The notes beneath the pieces were generated by a model. It was not told where the DNA came from and searched no databases. It worked only from the letters and a program-made list of their open reading frames with translations. A program made the position numbers and the translations under genes. Below, piece by piece: positions 46,522-57,320 of a stretch of DNA of 64,000 nt (the stretch's first letter is position 1; each line of letters starts with the position of its first letter). The stretch is taken from positions 1 to 64,000 of IMG/VR virus record IMGVR_UViG_3300042890_001842. One strand, 5' to 3'. The DNA is from a virus.

Positions 46522-46655
46522 TTACCCAACCTATTCGTATCTTTATTTAACATCCACCTTTTGCCACATAGTATACAAAAAAGCTCAATATGAAGTTTTT
46601 GAGAAAAAACTCTATCTACAAACACTCTTCCATTACATCTCTTACATGTCATCAT
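46467..46655 (-). CDS. Zn-ribbon protein
   Basis: CKRCNG...CILCG. Confidence 0.65.
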   Translation of the reverse strand: MMTCKRCNGRVFVDRVFSQKLHIELFCILCGKRWMLNKDTNRLGKWLENRENQYQKSLSISS

Positions 46656-47452
46656 ACTTGAAAAAACTTTCCATCCACGACGCATGAGTAGTCTGAAGAC
46701 ACATGAATCATTTGAATATGTGGGTAATCATTTACAATATGGGCAATAGCAAATCCCTTTTGCCAGTCATGGTGCTGAGTATACTTCATTCCTGGACCCT
46801 TCTCATCGCACATGTGACCAATCTCATATCCACGAAGAGTTTCACCTTCACCACCGTTCCTAAGCTCATATGTAACCATGTGTGAAGCAATTCTATGTGA
46901 GTGTCCTCTAATTAAAGATACCTGCAAGTCTTCCATGTCTTTGCGTACAGAGCCTGTTGCTGAAATTGAAATTCCATGATGTACGTGAACATCTCCAAAT
47001 CTTTGCTTAGGCAGTGAATCGTAGTATATGTATTCATATCCCAATGAGTCTAGGCTCCATAATGATTCTGGAGTAACCTCTTTTAAATAATCTGGAAGCT
47101 TGGCGTCCATGTAATTAAATATTCTAACATCATGATTTCCTAGCGCTGAAAACAATTGTGCATCTGGAAGCATGTCACGAGTCTTTGTATAAAATTCTCT
47201 TGCTCCTTTAGCCTCGTGTCTCATCATAGGAACAATTAAATCTTTGCTGTCTGTCTTGTGTAAATTTAGAAACTCTGCAGACCGACCCTCTGTATACTTG
47301 CTGTAGCAAGCTTGGTCGTCGGTATCGCCAAGATAGTCTACTACATCTGGCTTAAACCATTTCATTACTTTAAACCAAAGCTCAATCATTTTATCGTCTT
47401 GATACGGGAACTGCTGATCAGATGACAGCATCCATTTTAAATCGTTGCTCAT
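46652..47452 (-). CDS. metallophosphoesterase
   Basis: SD.Q, GD..D, GNHD, HG, GHSH. Confidence 0.85.
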   Translation of the reverse strand: MSNDLKWMLSSDQQFPYQDDKMIELWFKVMKWFKPDVVDYLGDTDDQACYSKYTEGRSAEFLNLHKTDSKDLIVPMMRHEAKGAREFYTKTRDMLPDAQLFSALGNHDVRIFNYMDAKLPDYLKEVTPESLWSLDSLGYEYIYYDSLPKQRFGDVHVHHGISISATGSVRKDMEDLQVSLIRGHSHRIASHMVTYELRNGGEGETLRGYEIGHMCDEKGPGMKYTQHHDWQKGFAIAHIVNDYPHIQMIHVSSDYSCVVDGKFFQV

Positions 47453-47534
47453 TTAATTCCTTATGATAAAAAAGTCACGGATACGTGACTTTGATGTTAC
47501 AGTAATTGTAACATATAATTATTGGTTGTCAATA

Positions 47535-47987
47535 CTACGCTATTGTTGGTTTTGCTACTGCAAAGTAGTGAACTTGTACGTTAAATGATCTTGATGTTGT
47601 GTATGCTGCACCGTCTGCTTTATTTACGCCAGCTACTCTGTTTACCATTAACTTAAAGCCTTGTCGATTTGCACTTTGAATATAATGAACTAAGTCCATG
47701 TCTTCGCTTCCACACTGAAGGGTAACAATTACAGAATATGGATCATTAGACAAAGGCTTATCAAATGAAACATCAATTGGCACCGCTTTTCCAGAAAATG
47801 TAATTGGAAATGATTTCGATACCCCAGTAGTCATAACTGAAGCAACTACATCTCCAGCAATATCTGCTCCACTTGGCAACTTTAATGCTTTTGCATTTAC
47901 CTCATTAATAAATGTAACCAGCTTCTGTAACTTTGTTGCATCTATTGGCTCCCCCTCATTAAATTGAAGGCTATACTCTTGTGTCAT
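47535..47987 (-). CDS. tail-associated hypothetical protein
   Basis: V.F..P....P..V.VT; YFAV; next to tail genes. Confidence 0.55.
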   Translation of the reverse strand: MTQEYSLQFNEGEPIDATKLQKLVTFINEVNAKALKLPSGADIAGDVVASVMTTGVSKSFPITFSGKAVPIDVSFDKPLSNDPYSVIVTLQCGSEDMDLVHYIQSANRQGFKLMVNRVAGVNKADGAAYTTSRSFNVQVHYFAVAKPTIA

Positions 47988-48397
47988 AAATTTTCTCCTA
48001 ATAAATGCATTTCTGATTCTTCACTACCTACTTCAATAACCTTAGATCTGTCTAGACCATAATTATCAAATACGTCTGGGCTGGTAATGTGACGTCTTTT
48101 ATTCTGTGATATTAAATATATTTTACCATCTGATATATCCTTTATCAAAGTGCCATCACGAAACCCAAGCTTGCCAACAACTTTATACTTTGACAATGCT
48201 GATTCTGCAGCATCAACTGTTGTAAAAGACCATGAGCTTGCAGCCCTATTTGAAATAAGCCTGTAAAGCTTTCCATCTTTAACCCAGTAAGTATTCTTAT
48301 CTGTTTTTACAGCAATTCCAGAAGGAAAGCTAGTTGATTTTACTATTAAGCTCTTCTTTGTATTCTTGAATAGCTTGTTCACGCTGTCCCTTTTCAT
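47984..48397 (-). CDS. hypothetical protein
   Basis: DGTLIK....GKIYLI..KRRHI. Confidence 0.65.
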   Translation of the reverse strand: MKRDSVNKLFKNTKKSLIVKSTSFPSGIAVKTDKNTYWVKDGKLYRLISNRAASSWSFTTVDAAESALSKYKVVGKLGFRDGTLIKDISDGKIYLISQNKRRHITSPDVFDNYGLDRSKVIEVGSEESEMHLLGENL

Positions 48398-48512
48398 TTA
48401 TTAGCTCTGTAACCTCTGCACGAAGTACTGCTATCTGTGTCTCATAATTTGAAACAAGTTCACCAATTCTTTGTTGGAGTGCTGTTACAATAAGTTCAAT
48501 CTTTTCTGTCAC
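48330..48512 (-). CDS. coiled-coil hypothetical protein
   Basis: ORF track. Confidence 0.6.
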   Translation of the reverse strand: MTEKIELIVTALQQRIGELVSNYETQIAVLRAEVTELINEKGQREQAIQEYKEELNSKIN

Positions 48513-48727
48513 TCAGGTAGCCCTTCTATTTCATTCATCAAAGCATCTATTTGAGCTTGACGAGTTGCAACTTCAGCATTTATTTCTGAAATTTTTGTTG
48601 CATTAGGAACAGCTACAGCATTTTCAACAATTAGCTGAACTTCTGACGAATACTTATTATAAGTTAGTTGACGAATCTGTCCTCTTATAATATCTATCTT
48701 TTCTGCTCTTGTTAGGTCATATATCAT
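48509..48727 (-). CDS. small coiled-coil protein (paralog of next ORF)
   Basis: YDLT..EK..II. Confidence 0.65.
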   Translation of the reverse strand: MIYDLTRAEKIDIIRGQIRQLTYNKYSSEVQLIVENAVAVPNATKISEINAEVATRQAQIDALMNEIEGLPE

Positions 48728-48782
48728 TTTATTCCTCCTTTCATATTATAGCATAAACATTAAAAATTTTGTATACCCTATT

Positions 48783-48998
48783 TTAATCAATTTCATTTAA
48801 TTTTATCGACAACGCCTCTATTCTTAGGCTACAGTCATTTATTTGATTTTGAAGATCCGTAATTATTGATTCTTTTGGATTAGAAACAGAAGATTCTTCA
48901 ATCATTAAAAGCTCAATATTGAATTTATGATTAGATAGACGCTTTAGGCTGCTACCTATAATTTCCTTTTTTTCATCATTTGTTAGATCATATGTCAT
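48783..48998 (-). CDS. small coiled-coil protein
   Basis: YDLT..EK..II. Confidence 0.65.
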   Translation of the reverse strand: MTYDLTNDEKKEIIGSSLKRLSNHKFNIELLMIEESSVSNPKESIITDLQNQINDCSLRIEALSIKLNEID

Positions 48999-49015
48999 TT
49001 TTTACTCCTTTCATT

Positions 49016-52000
49016 TTATGTATAGGATGTCTCACTTGGAACCCATGCTGAATAAGCTGAGGATAGTCCACCAGTATTAGCTCTTACTCTTACTCTAGCA
49101 TAGTTATTAGGAGATGCATATGGAGTAGTAAGCTGGTAAGAACCGTTAACAGTGGTAGACTGTGTATACGGTCCAGCCACAGTGGAAACTCCATTAGTAA
49201 AGCCAGTAGCACTTTGTGCAGTATAGAATTCTATTGTAAATGTACTAGCTCCAGGATGAGACCATCCTACAGCTCCAATTCCACTAAATGTAACATTTGT
49301 TGGAGTAGCTGGCGCAGTTCCACCAAAGGTTGGGAAGTAAGGGAAGTAAGGTGGGAAGAATGGGAAGAACGGTGGGAAGAATGGGAAGAATGGATTAACA
49401 GCTGGACTTCCAGTATTTGCAGTAATAATTGTTGTTTGTCCAATATCATAATCTACTACACCAGTTGATGTTCTTATTGGATTTGGAGCAAGAAACATGT
49501 TTGCAGTAGCTCTTGGTGTATATCCTCCAGGAAGGCTAGTTGGGCCAGTTGTATTAAAATTGACACGGTATCTGCTATTATTAGATAGTGTAATTGGATA
49601 ACTAGTTACAGCAGATCCACCACTAAGATAGGCAAAATTATTAGCTGCAGTAACAGCCATATTTATAATAAAAATATCAGCATACTGTTGTCCTGGATAA
49701 AACTTTGCTTCATATTCCATTACATTTGTTGTAATTCCATACTGATGTCCTCTCCATCTTACAACATATGAAGATGAATCTCCAAAATAATGAAGTGAGG
49801 TTTGCTGCAGATCTCTTGGCATTACGGCAAGGACTAATCCAGTTGTATTAGTTACTGAATCACTATCATTTCCAGTTACTTCAGTAGATGTTCCCAAACT
49901 TATATAACCATTGGTAGATACGCTTATTCTATTACCAAGTGCAAATGTGTATGATGGGGTTGTCCATATAGCAGCAAAATTTGTATTTTGAGTAGGGGTA
50001 TAAGTTTGACCAGGTTGTCTTGTAGCAACTAATTCTCCAACTGCAGGAGTTCTCCAAAAAGAAAATTGAAAACCTGCTCTGGTTCCAGGATCTGGTGCTG
50101 TATGAGCTGTTCCTGAAACAAATGGACCTGTTGTTTGAATCCCATTAGTTCCTCCAGCAGCATCCCAAGTTATACTATAAGATAAAAGTGTTGTTATTTC
50201 ATTAGTAATAACAACTTGATTTGGTAATACTCCGTTTGACCATGTAACTTCTGCACGTATTTTATAACCAATATCTGCAGCTTGAACTGTATATGTTGTG
50301 CCATTTGTTTGAACTATTGTACCACCAGCAAAAGTACCACCACTAGTGCCTCCGTCGTTTCTTCTCCAAACCCAAGTAGCTGTCGTAGCAGGGTTTCCAG
50401 TAGCATCTGTCTTTGAAAGAGTAAGATTAGATGATTGTGCACCTGTTCCAGAAATTGAGGCTGAACCTCCAGAAGGTGCTGTAGCAGTATAAGTAACAAA
50501 TGTGCTAGACCAATTTGTAAATGTATTTAATGTGGCATTTCCATTTAAAGTTGTATTTCCTAAATTTTGATTTGAAGACCTAAGCCAAAAATTCCAAGAT
50601 CCTGGTGAAGTGACAGGCAAAGATTCAAAAATGCTTCCAAGACTTGTTGATGCTGCATCGTAATACGTAGTATTTGCTGGAGCAAATCCTGATTGATTCC
50701 AGTATAACTGATAATACGGACCTGTGCCAGTGGCAGAAAATGTAACATTAAAAATTTGTGTTCCTGAATTATATGTAACTCCAGATGGAGTTGGTATTGA
50801 GCCAAGAAGTGGATTTACGGTAACAGTTGTTGTTGACTGTACATTTCCAGGTTGAGCTGTTATAGTAATAGTTTTTGATCCAGTTGTAGCATAAGTATGT
50901 GCTCTACTTTGAGAAATAGTATTACCTGAAAATGAAGAATATGTTTCCGCGCTTGTGCCATCTCCCCAGTTTATTGTATATTGAGTAGGGTATCCAGATA
51001 TTGAAAAATTGTAGGTTTTAGAAACGGTGGCCTGAACAAGAGGTGGAGAAACTCCATCAACACTAATAGCTCCTATTGAAACTGCAGGATCAACATTTGT
51101 ATTAAGGTCTCCCCAGGTTGCAAATGCTTCTACTCCTGGGTCTGTTCCATTTTTTGCAGTTACTCTACATCTTACTTTAGTGGCATAAGTTGATGATGTA
51201 GGAATAACAAATATATTTGAAGTGTTCCCAGACTCCGTCATGTTCCTATACCCGCTAAGAACTCCAGCGTCCTCATAATATTGCCATTGATATGAATATA
51301 CAGTACTAGCATTTACATTTGTCCAAGTTCCAGTGCTACATGTAAGCTGTACTCCTCTTGGCGCATATCCTCTACTGTTTAATGGTGTAACTGTAGGAGC
51401 AATTGTATTGACTGGTAATACTCCTGTTGTTTGAAATGTTACGTTCCTTACTTGAAGTGTTGGGTTCGTAGATGTTTTCCAACCATCATTTGCTACCACT
51501 TCAATTCTTCCGTAATAAGTAGTATTTGTAGATAGGCCAGGACTGTCAGTTACTGTATAAACTCTAGTATTTACTGAGGGTATTGTTATTGGAGAAATTA
51601 CATCAGGGCCAGTTGTGCTACCAGACCTTATTTTTAAAGTTTGACTATGTATATAAGTAGAATCAGTTATTCCTCCAACGGACCAAGTAAAAGTAACATC
51701 GTTATCCGTTACGTTTGAAGTTGTTAATGAATCAACTGTATGTGATACTTTAGATAATCTAGCTGCGCTTACTATTGGAAAATTATAAATAGGAGAGTTT
51801 ATATCTGAGGGGTCGGTATCTACTCTTATTCTTCCTCCAATATAATATCCTCCTTTTGCATCATCGTCAGTAACTGTGTAGGTAATTCCTGTAGATGCGT
51901 TTGAAGTATTGCCATAAAAAATAGTTGGTCCAGAAACTATTTCCCAATTTGCAATGCTGGTTTCAAGATTAATACTTCTAACTATCTGCATAGTATATTT

Positions 52001-52345
52001 TGTATTAGCATCTCCAGTTGTATTTGTGTAACTTCCTCTAGTAAGAGTAACTACATTTCCGCCTTTAAATAAAGACGCTTCAATTGCAGAATCAGGTTCT
52101 GTATTTGTTGCATTTCTTAAAGTTGGGAGAGTGCTAACTTCTGGACGAGGGATTGCACTATGTACTTTTCTCCACTCTGGAATTCCATCATTGCTGTATC
52201 CATTGGCATCATATCGCCAAATTGATTTTACTGTTTGCCATTTAGCCGCTATAGAATTATTAAATCTGTAAAAATTTCTTACAGCTCTCCATTCTGGAGT
52301 TCCATCATTTGCATATCCGTTGCTATCGTATCTATAGATTGGCAT
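49016..52345 (-). CDS. tail fiber/adhesin with Ig, PKD and FN3-like domains and PFFP repeat
   Basis: PKD motif WGDG...H.Y...G; P.NT.AP....GTW..YQW; Thr/Ser-rich. Confidence 0.75.
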   Translation of the reverse strand: MPIYRYDSNGYANDGTPEWRAVRNFYRFNNSIAAKWQTVKSIWRYDANGYSNDGIPEWRKVHSAIPRPEVSTLPTLRNATNTEPDSAIEASLFKGGNVVTLTRGSYTNTTGDANTKYTMQIVRSINLETSIANWEIVSGPTIFYGNTSNASTGITYTVTDDDAKGGYYIGGRIRVDTDPSDINSPIYNFPIVSAARLSKVSHTVDSLTTSNVTDNDVTFTWSVGGITDSTYIHSQTLKIRSGSTTGPDVISPITIPSVNTRVYTVTDSPGLSTNTTYYGRIEVVANDGWKTSTNPTLQVRNVTFQTTGVLPVNTIAPTVTPLNSRGYAPRGVQLTCSTGTWTNVNASTVYSYQWQYYEDAGVLSGYRNMTESGNTSNIFVIPTSSTYATKVRCRVTAKNGTDPGVEAFATWGDLNTNVDPAVSIGAISVDGVSPPLVQATVSKTYNFSISGYPTQYTINWGDGTSAETYSSFSGNTISQSRAHTYATTGSKTITITAQPGNVQSTTTVTVNPLLGSIPTPSGVTYNSGTQIFNVTFSATGTGPYYQLYWNQSGFAPANTTYYDAASTSLGSIFESLPVTSPGSWNFWLRSSNQNLGNTTLNGNATLNTFTNWSSTFVTYTATAPSGGSASISGTGAQSSNLTLSKTDATGNPATTATWVWRRNDGGTSGGTFAGGTIVQTNGTTYTVQAADIGYKIRAEVTWSNGVLPNQVVITNEITTLLSYSITWDAAGGTNGIQTTGPFVSGTAHTAPDPGTRAGFQFSFWRTPAVGELVATRQPGQTYTPTQNTNFAAIWTTPSYTFALGNRISVSTNGYISLGTSTEVTGNDSDSVTNTTGLVLAVMPRDLQQTSLHYFGDSSSYVVRWRGHQYGITTNVMEYEAKFYPGQQYADIFIINMAVTAANNFAYLSGGSAVTSYPITLSNNSRYRVNFNTTGPTSLPGGYTPRATANMFLAPNPIRTSTGVVDYDIGQTTIITANTGSPAVNPFFPFFPPFFPFFPPYFPYFPTFGGTAPATPTNVTFSGIGAVGWSHPGASTFTIEFYTAQSATGFTNGVSTVAGPYTQSTTVNGSYQLTTPYASPNNYARVRVRANTGGLSSAYSAWVPSETSYT

Positions 52346-52355
52346 AGTTATCTAA

Positions 52356-55300
52356 TTATACTAAACTCATGTATAAATCACCAGTAGAAAAATTCCCTGG
52401 ATTTGTAGATGTATATCTTGGAACACCACCAACAAAACCTTGTGTTGATCCTGGGTTAGCGGCATTAAATGCATATCTTGAAGTAATTGTTGAGTTTGGA
52501 GTAGTGCTGCCTCCGTACCAAATTGCTCTACCTGTAACTATTTTTCCATCTGGAATACCGCCAACAACTGCTGGATTAATAATTCTAGTAACTGTTGGGT
52601 CTCCAGCAGTACCATCATCTCCTCCAGTTGTGTCTGCAAGAACAAGATTTGTTCCAGATATAGTTGTCGTACCTCCAGTTGGATTTGAAATGCTTAAATT
52701 TGTGCCATTATATAATAATGCTCCTTTTCCAAATTTAAAGTTTCCAGTGTCATAAATATAATCTGTTGTTGATCCAATATATAATCCATTTAGACCTGTG
52801 CCGCCTGCTGCCTGTCCGAAGGACATGGTTCCTCCGCCTGTAACTGTAATCTTTCCAACAATGTTAGCATTAGTTGCAGTTAAAGCTCCGTCTGCAGTAA
52901 CTCTAAATGCTGCTGAGCTTCTTGTAGCAAATGCTTGTTGTCCAGACCACAAAACAACATCGCTTGCAGAAGTTGGAACTGTCATTCCAGTGCTGTACGC
53001 CAATGAAGATATTGTAGTAGAAATAGCAATATAGTTAGATGATGAGTTTAAATCTATTACAGATCCGCTAGTGCTTTTATTTAGACCAGTTGATGAAATT
53101 GTCCATCCGCCAATAAATCCAGTTTTAAACATTGCAACACCATTTCTAGTTAATGCAAAGTTTGCTGTACCAAAAGCAGCTTGAGTAGCCTCTGTTCCAG
53201 TAAGTCCAGAAGTTGCTGCATCAGAATTTGGATATGCGCCAATTCCTCCAGCATTGAAAATCATTCTATCGCCAGATAATACTGTTGGAATTGCAGCATT
53301 TGATATGTACAAAGATGCTGAATCTATATTTATGTTACCAATTTTGCCACTACTTGCAGTAATCTTACCAGTTATATCAGCACTTGTAGCAGTTAATTTT
53401 CCATCTTGTGTTACCTTAAATAATCCACTGCCTGCGTTTATGAAATCTGCCGTTGTTCCAGAACCAACAAGAGATATATTGCTTGCTCTTACGGATCCAT
53501 CTGGTTTTACCCAGAATGGAGCAACATCTGCTCCTCCACTTGTTGTACTGCCTGCCCAAAATGTATGGTTTCCAGTTGAAGATATTCCAGCATACAGATT
53601 GCCTGTTGCTCCAGTTCCTCTTTGTAATTTTGAAGAATCAACTGTCCATCCGCCAATGCTTGCAGATATTGTTGTAATTCTTCCAGTTGCAGCATCAATT
53701 ATAGTATTGTTTCCAAATGTTAAACCTTTAGTATTTAATATATATCCAGCGGAAACGTTTAATAGAGCACCTGATTGTGCAGTTTGTTGTGCTTGAACTG
53801 GAATTGTATTAGTTGATGTTTGTGGATTTGCAACAATAGTAGATGCTGTTGTTCCAGTCTGTGTAATGAATGTTCCGTTAAATGCTGAAGAGTTAGCTCC
53901 AGTTAAACCAGATACAGTTATTACAACTCCAGTTCCTAATCCATGTGCTGCTGATGTGGTGTATGTAGCCTGACCTGATGCACCACTATATGCGGTAACT
54001 GTAGGAGTAATTTCTGTTCCGCTATATACAGAGCCATCAGTTACTTTAACGTTGCCTTGAAAATTACCACTTCGTGCATTTATTGCACCCGTTACAGTTA
54101 ATGCATTTCCGTTCCAAGTTACAGTATTATTTGCAGCACCTACAGAAAATAATCCATTTGAAAACCAATAATTATTTGTACCTATATATATACCATCTAA
54201 AGATCCTGCTGTTGTTGGATTTACAGGAACATTAACAGGATTTACGCCTTTACCTATTAACATTGTTCCGCTATTTACTTTTACTGCTCCCTTAAAATCT
54301 CCATCAAAAGCATTTATAGTTCCATTAACTGTCAAAGTTGATCCGTCAAAGTATAGTCTATCTCTTAAAGAAAATTTTCCATTAGTATCTAGATAAAAAG
54401 GAGTTCCTGGATTTGTTCCAGCATCTGCATATGTACCAACTCCACTATAGAATTTAAATGGGTTGGCAGAAAGACCTGTTCCAGTAGCATCAATTTTAAT
54501 AGCAGTATTTGAAGTTGATGTAGCTGATCCTGCCACTGGTGCTGTCGCTGATGTGTTGGCTGTAAGTCCAGTACCAGAAGCAAGAACTGTAAATGTATTT
54601 GAAGTTACAGATTGTATTGACCTATCAGTTATATTAAATCCTAATGGAGTTAAGAATCTAGCAGTTACTAATGTCCCTGCAGCAAAACCATGATTTCCAG
54701 AAGTTGTATAAGTAATATTTGTTGCTGTTCCGTCAACAACTGCATTTATTACTACTGCAGATCTTGCTCCTACTGTAATAACATTATTTGAAAGAAGTCC
54801 ACCAGCATTTATCTGATCTCCTGTTATTTCTCCTCCCCTAATTACGTTTGCACGAACTGCGCCTGGGGCGATATCTCCATTATCTACTTTTAATGTTACT
54901 GCAGATCCTTCTGTTCCTAATGTAGCCGCTTCTCCGTCTGCATCTGTAGCTCTTATTCTTACGTAATATGTTGTGCCATATGTTAAAGGAGTTTGTGTTC
55001 CTGGCAATGTATCTATAATTGCAAAAGTTCCTGTAACTCTTAAGGCTAAGTTAGCTGGAACTACAGATGTTATAGGGCTTGTTGACAGATAAACTTCATA
55101 ATTTACTGGATCTGCGTTTGAAATTGCTGTCCATTTAACTTCTAGGGCACCATACAAAGGATTTACAATTGCTGCTGGTGATGAGGCTGGAGGATTTCCG
55201 TCAGATGTGCCAACACCAGTAACAGAAACTGTCGATGAAGTTCTTGCTGTGCTAGATACACCATTAGAATCTTCAGCATAAACGTTTACATAATATGAAC

Positions 55301-57320
55301 CAGCAGCAAGTCCGCCAAACGACATATTTGTACTAAATGAATATTCTGTAGAAACTAAAACATTTGGAGTTCCAGTTCTATATAATTCAACCTTGTATCT
55401 AGATATCGGTGCTCTTATTACAGATGGTGCTGTCCATGAAGCAACGGCTCCTGCTGTAGAAGCAGTTAGGGTAGCGGTTGCTGGAGGGTCTACTGCTAAT
55501 GATCCAGTAGTAAAATTAACATCAGTAGAGTATGCGCTAGTATTATTTGCTGCATCTACTGATGCAACTGAAATATTGTATGTGGTTGAAGGGTTTAAGT
55601 CAAAGATTGTATGCGTTGTACTTGTTGATACATATTTAACCAATTCTGTTGTGTATACAGATGATGCGCTTGGTTTATATCTTAAACGATATTCTTTTGT
55701 GTCACTTCCAGCTGACTGTGTTATGGTAGCCACTGCTTGATACTTTGATCCAGAAAGTGTTGGAGTTGCAACAGTCACTGTTGGTACTGGCGGTGGGGTT
55801 GTATCTAGGGTTACTGGATTTTGAGCTATCGTGGTTAATTCATTTGAATACAGTGATAAATCTCCGCAATCATTTGAAAATGCTAATCTAACATATATAG
55901 TTGTATATGTTGTATCTGCAACGTATACAGGAGTTACTCCAGATCCGCCAATCTCTGCAGCTGTTGGAGTTGTTGTTGGTTGTCCACTTGGATTTCCCCA
56001 GCTAGTTGCCCTCTTGTAAACTTTTGCATGTGTTGCTCCTGTTGGCAAAGTAAATTTAATGCTGAATCCGTCAGCCAATGCAGTTATATCAGATGCGCTT
56101 ATCGTTGGTGTGACTCCAGATAGTGCACTAGTTCTTGTTGGTGTTGAAAAAGCTGTACCAGTATTGATATTGTCAGCTTTATCTGCTGATTTCCAAGTTC
56201 CAGTAAATGATGTGTAAGCACATGAGCCAAATCTATTATATATATCAAGTGCAGATAATGTTAGTTTGCCTGCTACTAAATCACTTCTCCATACAAAGAA
56301 TGTTCTTGTTGTAGTTACAGAATTTAGGACTCCAGTTAAATCAATTAAAAATCTTACGCTGTCATCACCAGTTGCAAATGTTGGAGTTAGTTCTAATGAT
56401 GCACCATTCCATGCTGAAGCAACTGAAACTACATTTGGCGGAGGAGTGACATCTATAGCATCAAAAATAGGATCAATTGGAGTAACTGAAACTGCATTAC
56501 TGTAACCTGTTTGTTGACCATTTGTGCTAACAAAATAAGCTCTCACCCATCTTTTTTGAGCAGTTGCTGGAACTAATACTGGATTATCTGTAGACTTTTT
56601 AACAAAAGCCCAGCCAGTTGTCGGAGCAGTCAAACTGTTACTTACCACTTCTTCTATATATATTGCTTCGCAAAGCGTCATATCTTGAGCATTCCAAGAC
56701 ACTAAGTATGAAAAGTCATCTCCTACTACAGTTATAACTGGCGGATCAAGTGGGTTTGGTGCAACATCTGAAGTTATTGTAACTGGGTCGCTCTCAGTTT
56801 TATTTAAAGTATCTATTGCAATTACTGTAACTGTAAATTGGCTCCTAAAAAATCCACCAAACTTCGCTTTATTATCTGCGCTTGTAAGTGTCCAAACTTG
56901 TGAACTTCCAGTTTTATTTATTCCAGTATGATAGAAATCTATTGGATTTGCACCATTTGTTATTGGTGTAAGTCTTATTAAATACTTATCTACGCCAGTA
57001 TTGTTATTAGTTCCGTTATTTAATGTTGTATCATGATTAAATCTTACATGCAGTGTACCAGTTTTTTTACCAGTATCGTCAAGCCAAGTTCCAGTCAAAT
57101 TTGTTACTGGTGAAGGCTTGGCTGCAGACTTTGACAAATACTCATATGTTGCAGACCAATTGTCTCCAACCAAATCATTTAACTTTTGATCTTCAAAAAT
57201 CCATTGAAATTGAAATTTATATGGTGTTCCAACTTTTAACGGGCTAATATCAATAAAAATATATTCATTATTTTTATCTGGCTCACTTGGATTAAACTTT
57301 AAATCTTGTGGTCCTGCCAT
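52356..57320 (-). CDS. large tail protein with FN3 repeats (central fiber/host specificity)
   Basis: D.TPP, Y.V.V.A.D..N.S repeats; IGGW.I, F.V..DG motifs. Confidence 0.8.
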   Translation of the reverse strand: MAGPQDLKFNPSEPDKNNEYIFIDISPLKVGTPYKFQFQWIFEDQKLNDLVGDNWSATYEYLSKSAAKPSPVTNLTGTWLDDTGKKTGTLHVRFNHDTTLNNGTNNNTGVDKYLIRLTPITNGANPIDFYHTGINKTGSSQVWTLTSADNKAKFGGFFRSQFTVTVIAIDTLNKTESDPVTITSDVAPNPLDPPVITVVGDDFSYLVSWNAQDMTLCEAIYIEEVVSNSLTAPTTGWAFVKKSTDNPVLVPATAQKRWVRAYFVSTNGQQTGYSNAVSVTPIDPIFDAIDVTPPPNVVSVASAWNGASLELTPTFATGDDSVRFLIDLTGVLNSVTTTRTFFVWRSDLVAGKLTLSALDIYNRFGSCAYTSFTGTWKSADKADNINTGTAFSTPTRTSALSGVTPTISASDITALADGFSIKFTLPTGATHAKVYKRATSWGNPSGQPTTTPTAAEIGGSGVTPVYVADTTYTTIYVRLAFSNDCGDLSLYSNELTTIAQNPVTLDTTPPPVPTVTVATPTLSGSKYQAVATITQSAGSDTKEYRLRYKPSASSVYTTELVKYVSTSTTHTIFDLNPSTTYNISVASVDAANNTSAYSTDVNFTTGSLAVDPPATATLTASTAGAVASWTAPSVIRAPISRYKVELYRTGTPNVLVSTEYSFSTNMSFGGLAAGSYYVNVYAEDSNGVSSTARTSSTVSVTGVGTSDGNPPASSPAAIVNPLYGALEVKWTAISNADPVNYEVYLSTSPITSVVPANLALRVTGTFAIIDTLPGTQTPLTYGTTYYVRIRATDADGEAATLGTEGSAVTLKVDNGDIAPGAVRANVIRGGEITGDQINAGGLLSNNVITVGARSAVVINAVVDGTATNITYTTSGNHGFAAGTLVTARFLTPLGFNITDRSIQSVTSNTFTVLASGTGLTANTSATAPVAGSATSTSNTAIKIDATGTGLSANPFKFYSGVGTYADAGTNPGTPFYLDTNGKFSLRDRLYFDGSTLTVNGTINAFDGDFKGAVKVNSGTMLIGKGVNPVNVPVNPTTAGSLDGIYIGTNNYWFSNGLFSVGAANNTVTWNGNALTVTGAINARSGNFQGNVKVTDGSVYSGTEITPTVTAYSGASGQATYTTSAAHGLGTGVVITVSGLTGANSSAFNGTFITQTGTTASTIVANPQTSTNTIPVQAQQTAQSGALLNVSAGYILNTKGLTFGNNTIIDAATGRITTISASIGGWTVDSSKLQRGTGATGNLYAGISSTGNHTFWAGSTTSGGADVAPFWVKPDGSVRASNISLVGSGTTADFINAGSGLFKVTQDGKLTATSADITGKITASSGKIGNINIDSASLYISNAAIPTVLSGDRMIFNAGGIGAYPNSDAATSGLTGTEATQAAFGTANFALTRNGVAMFKTGFIGGWTISSTGLNKSTSGSVIDLNSSSNYIAISTTISSLAYSTGMTVPTSASDVVLWSGQQAFATRSSAAFRVTADGALTATNANIVGKITVTGGGTMSFGQAAGGTGLNGLYIGSTTDYIYDTGNFKFGKGALLYNGTNLSISNPTGGTTTISGTNLVLADTTGGDDGTAGDPTVTRIINPAVVGGIPDGKIVTGRAIWYGGSTTPNSTITSRYAFNAANPGSTQGFVGGVPRYTSTNPGNFSTGDLYMSLV

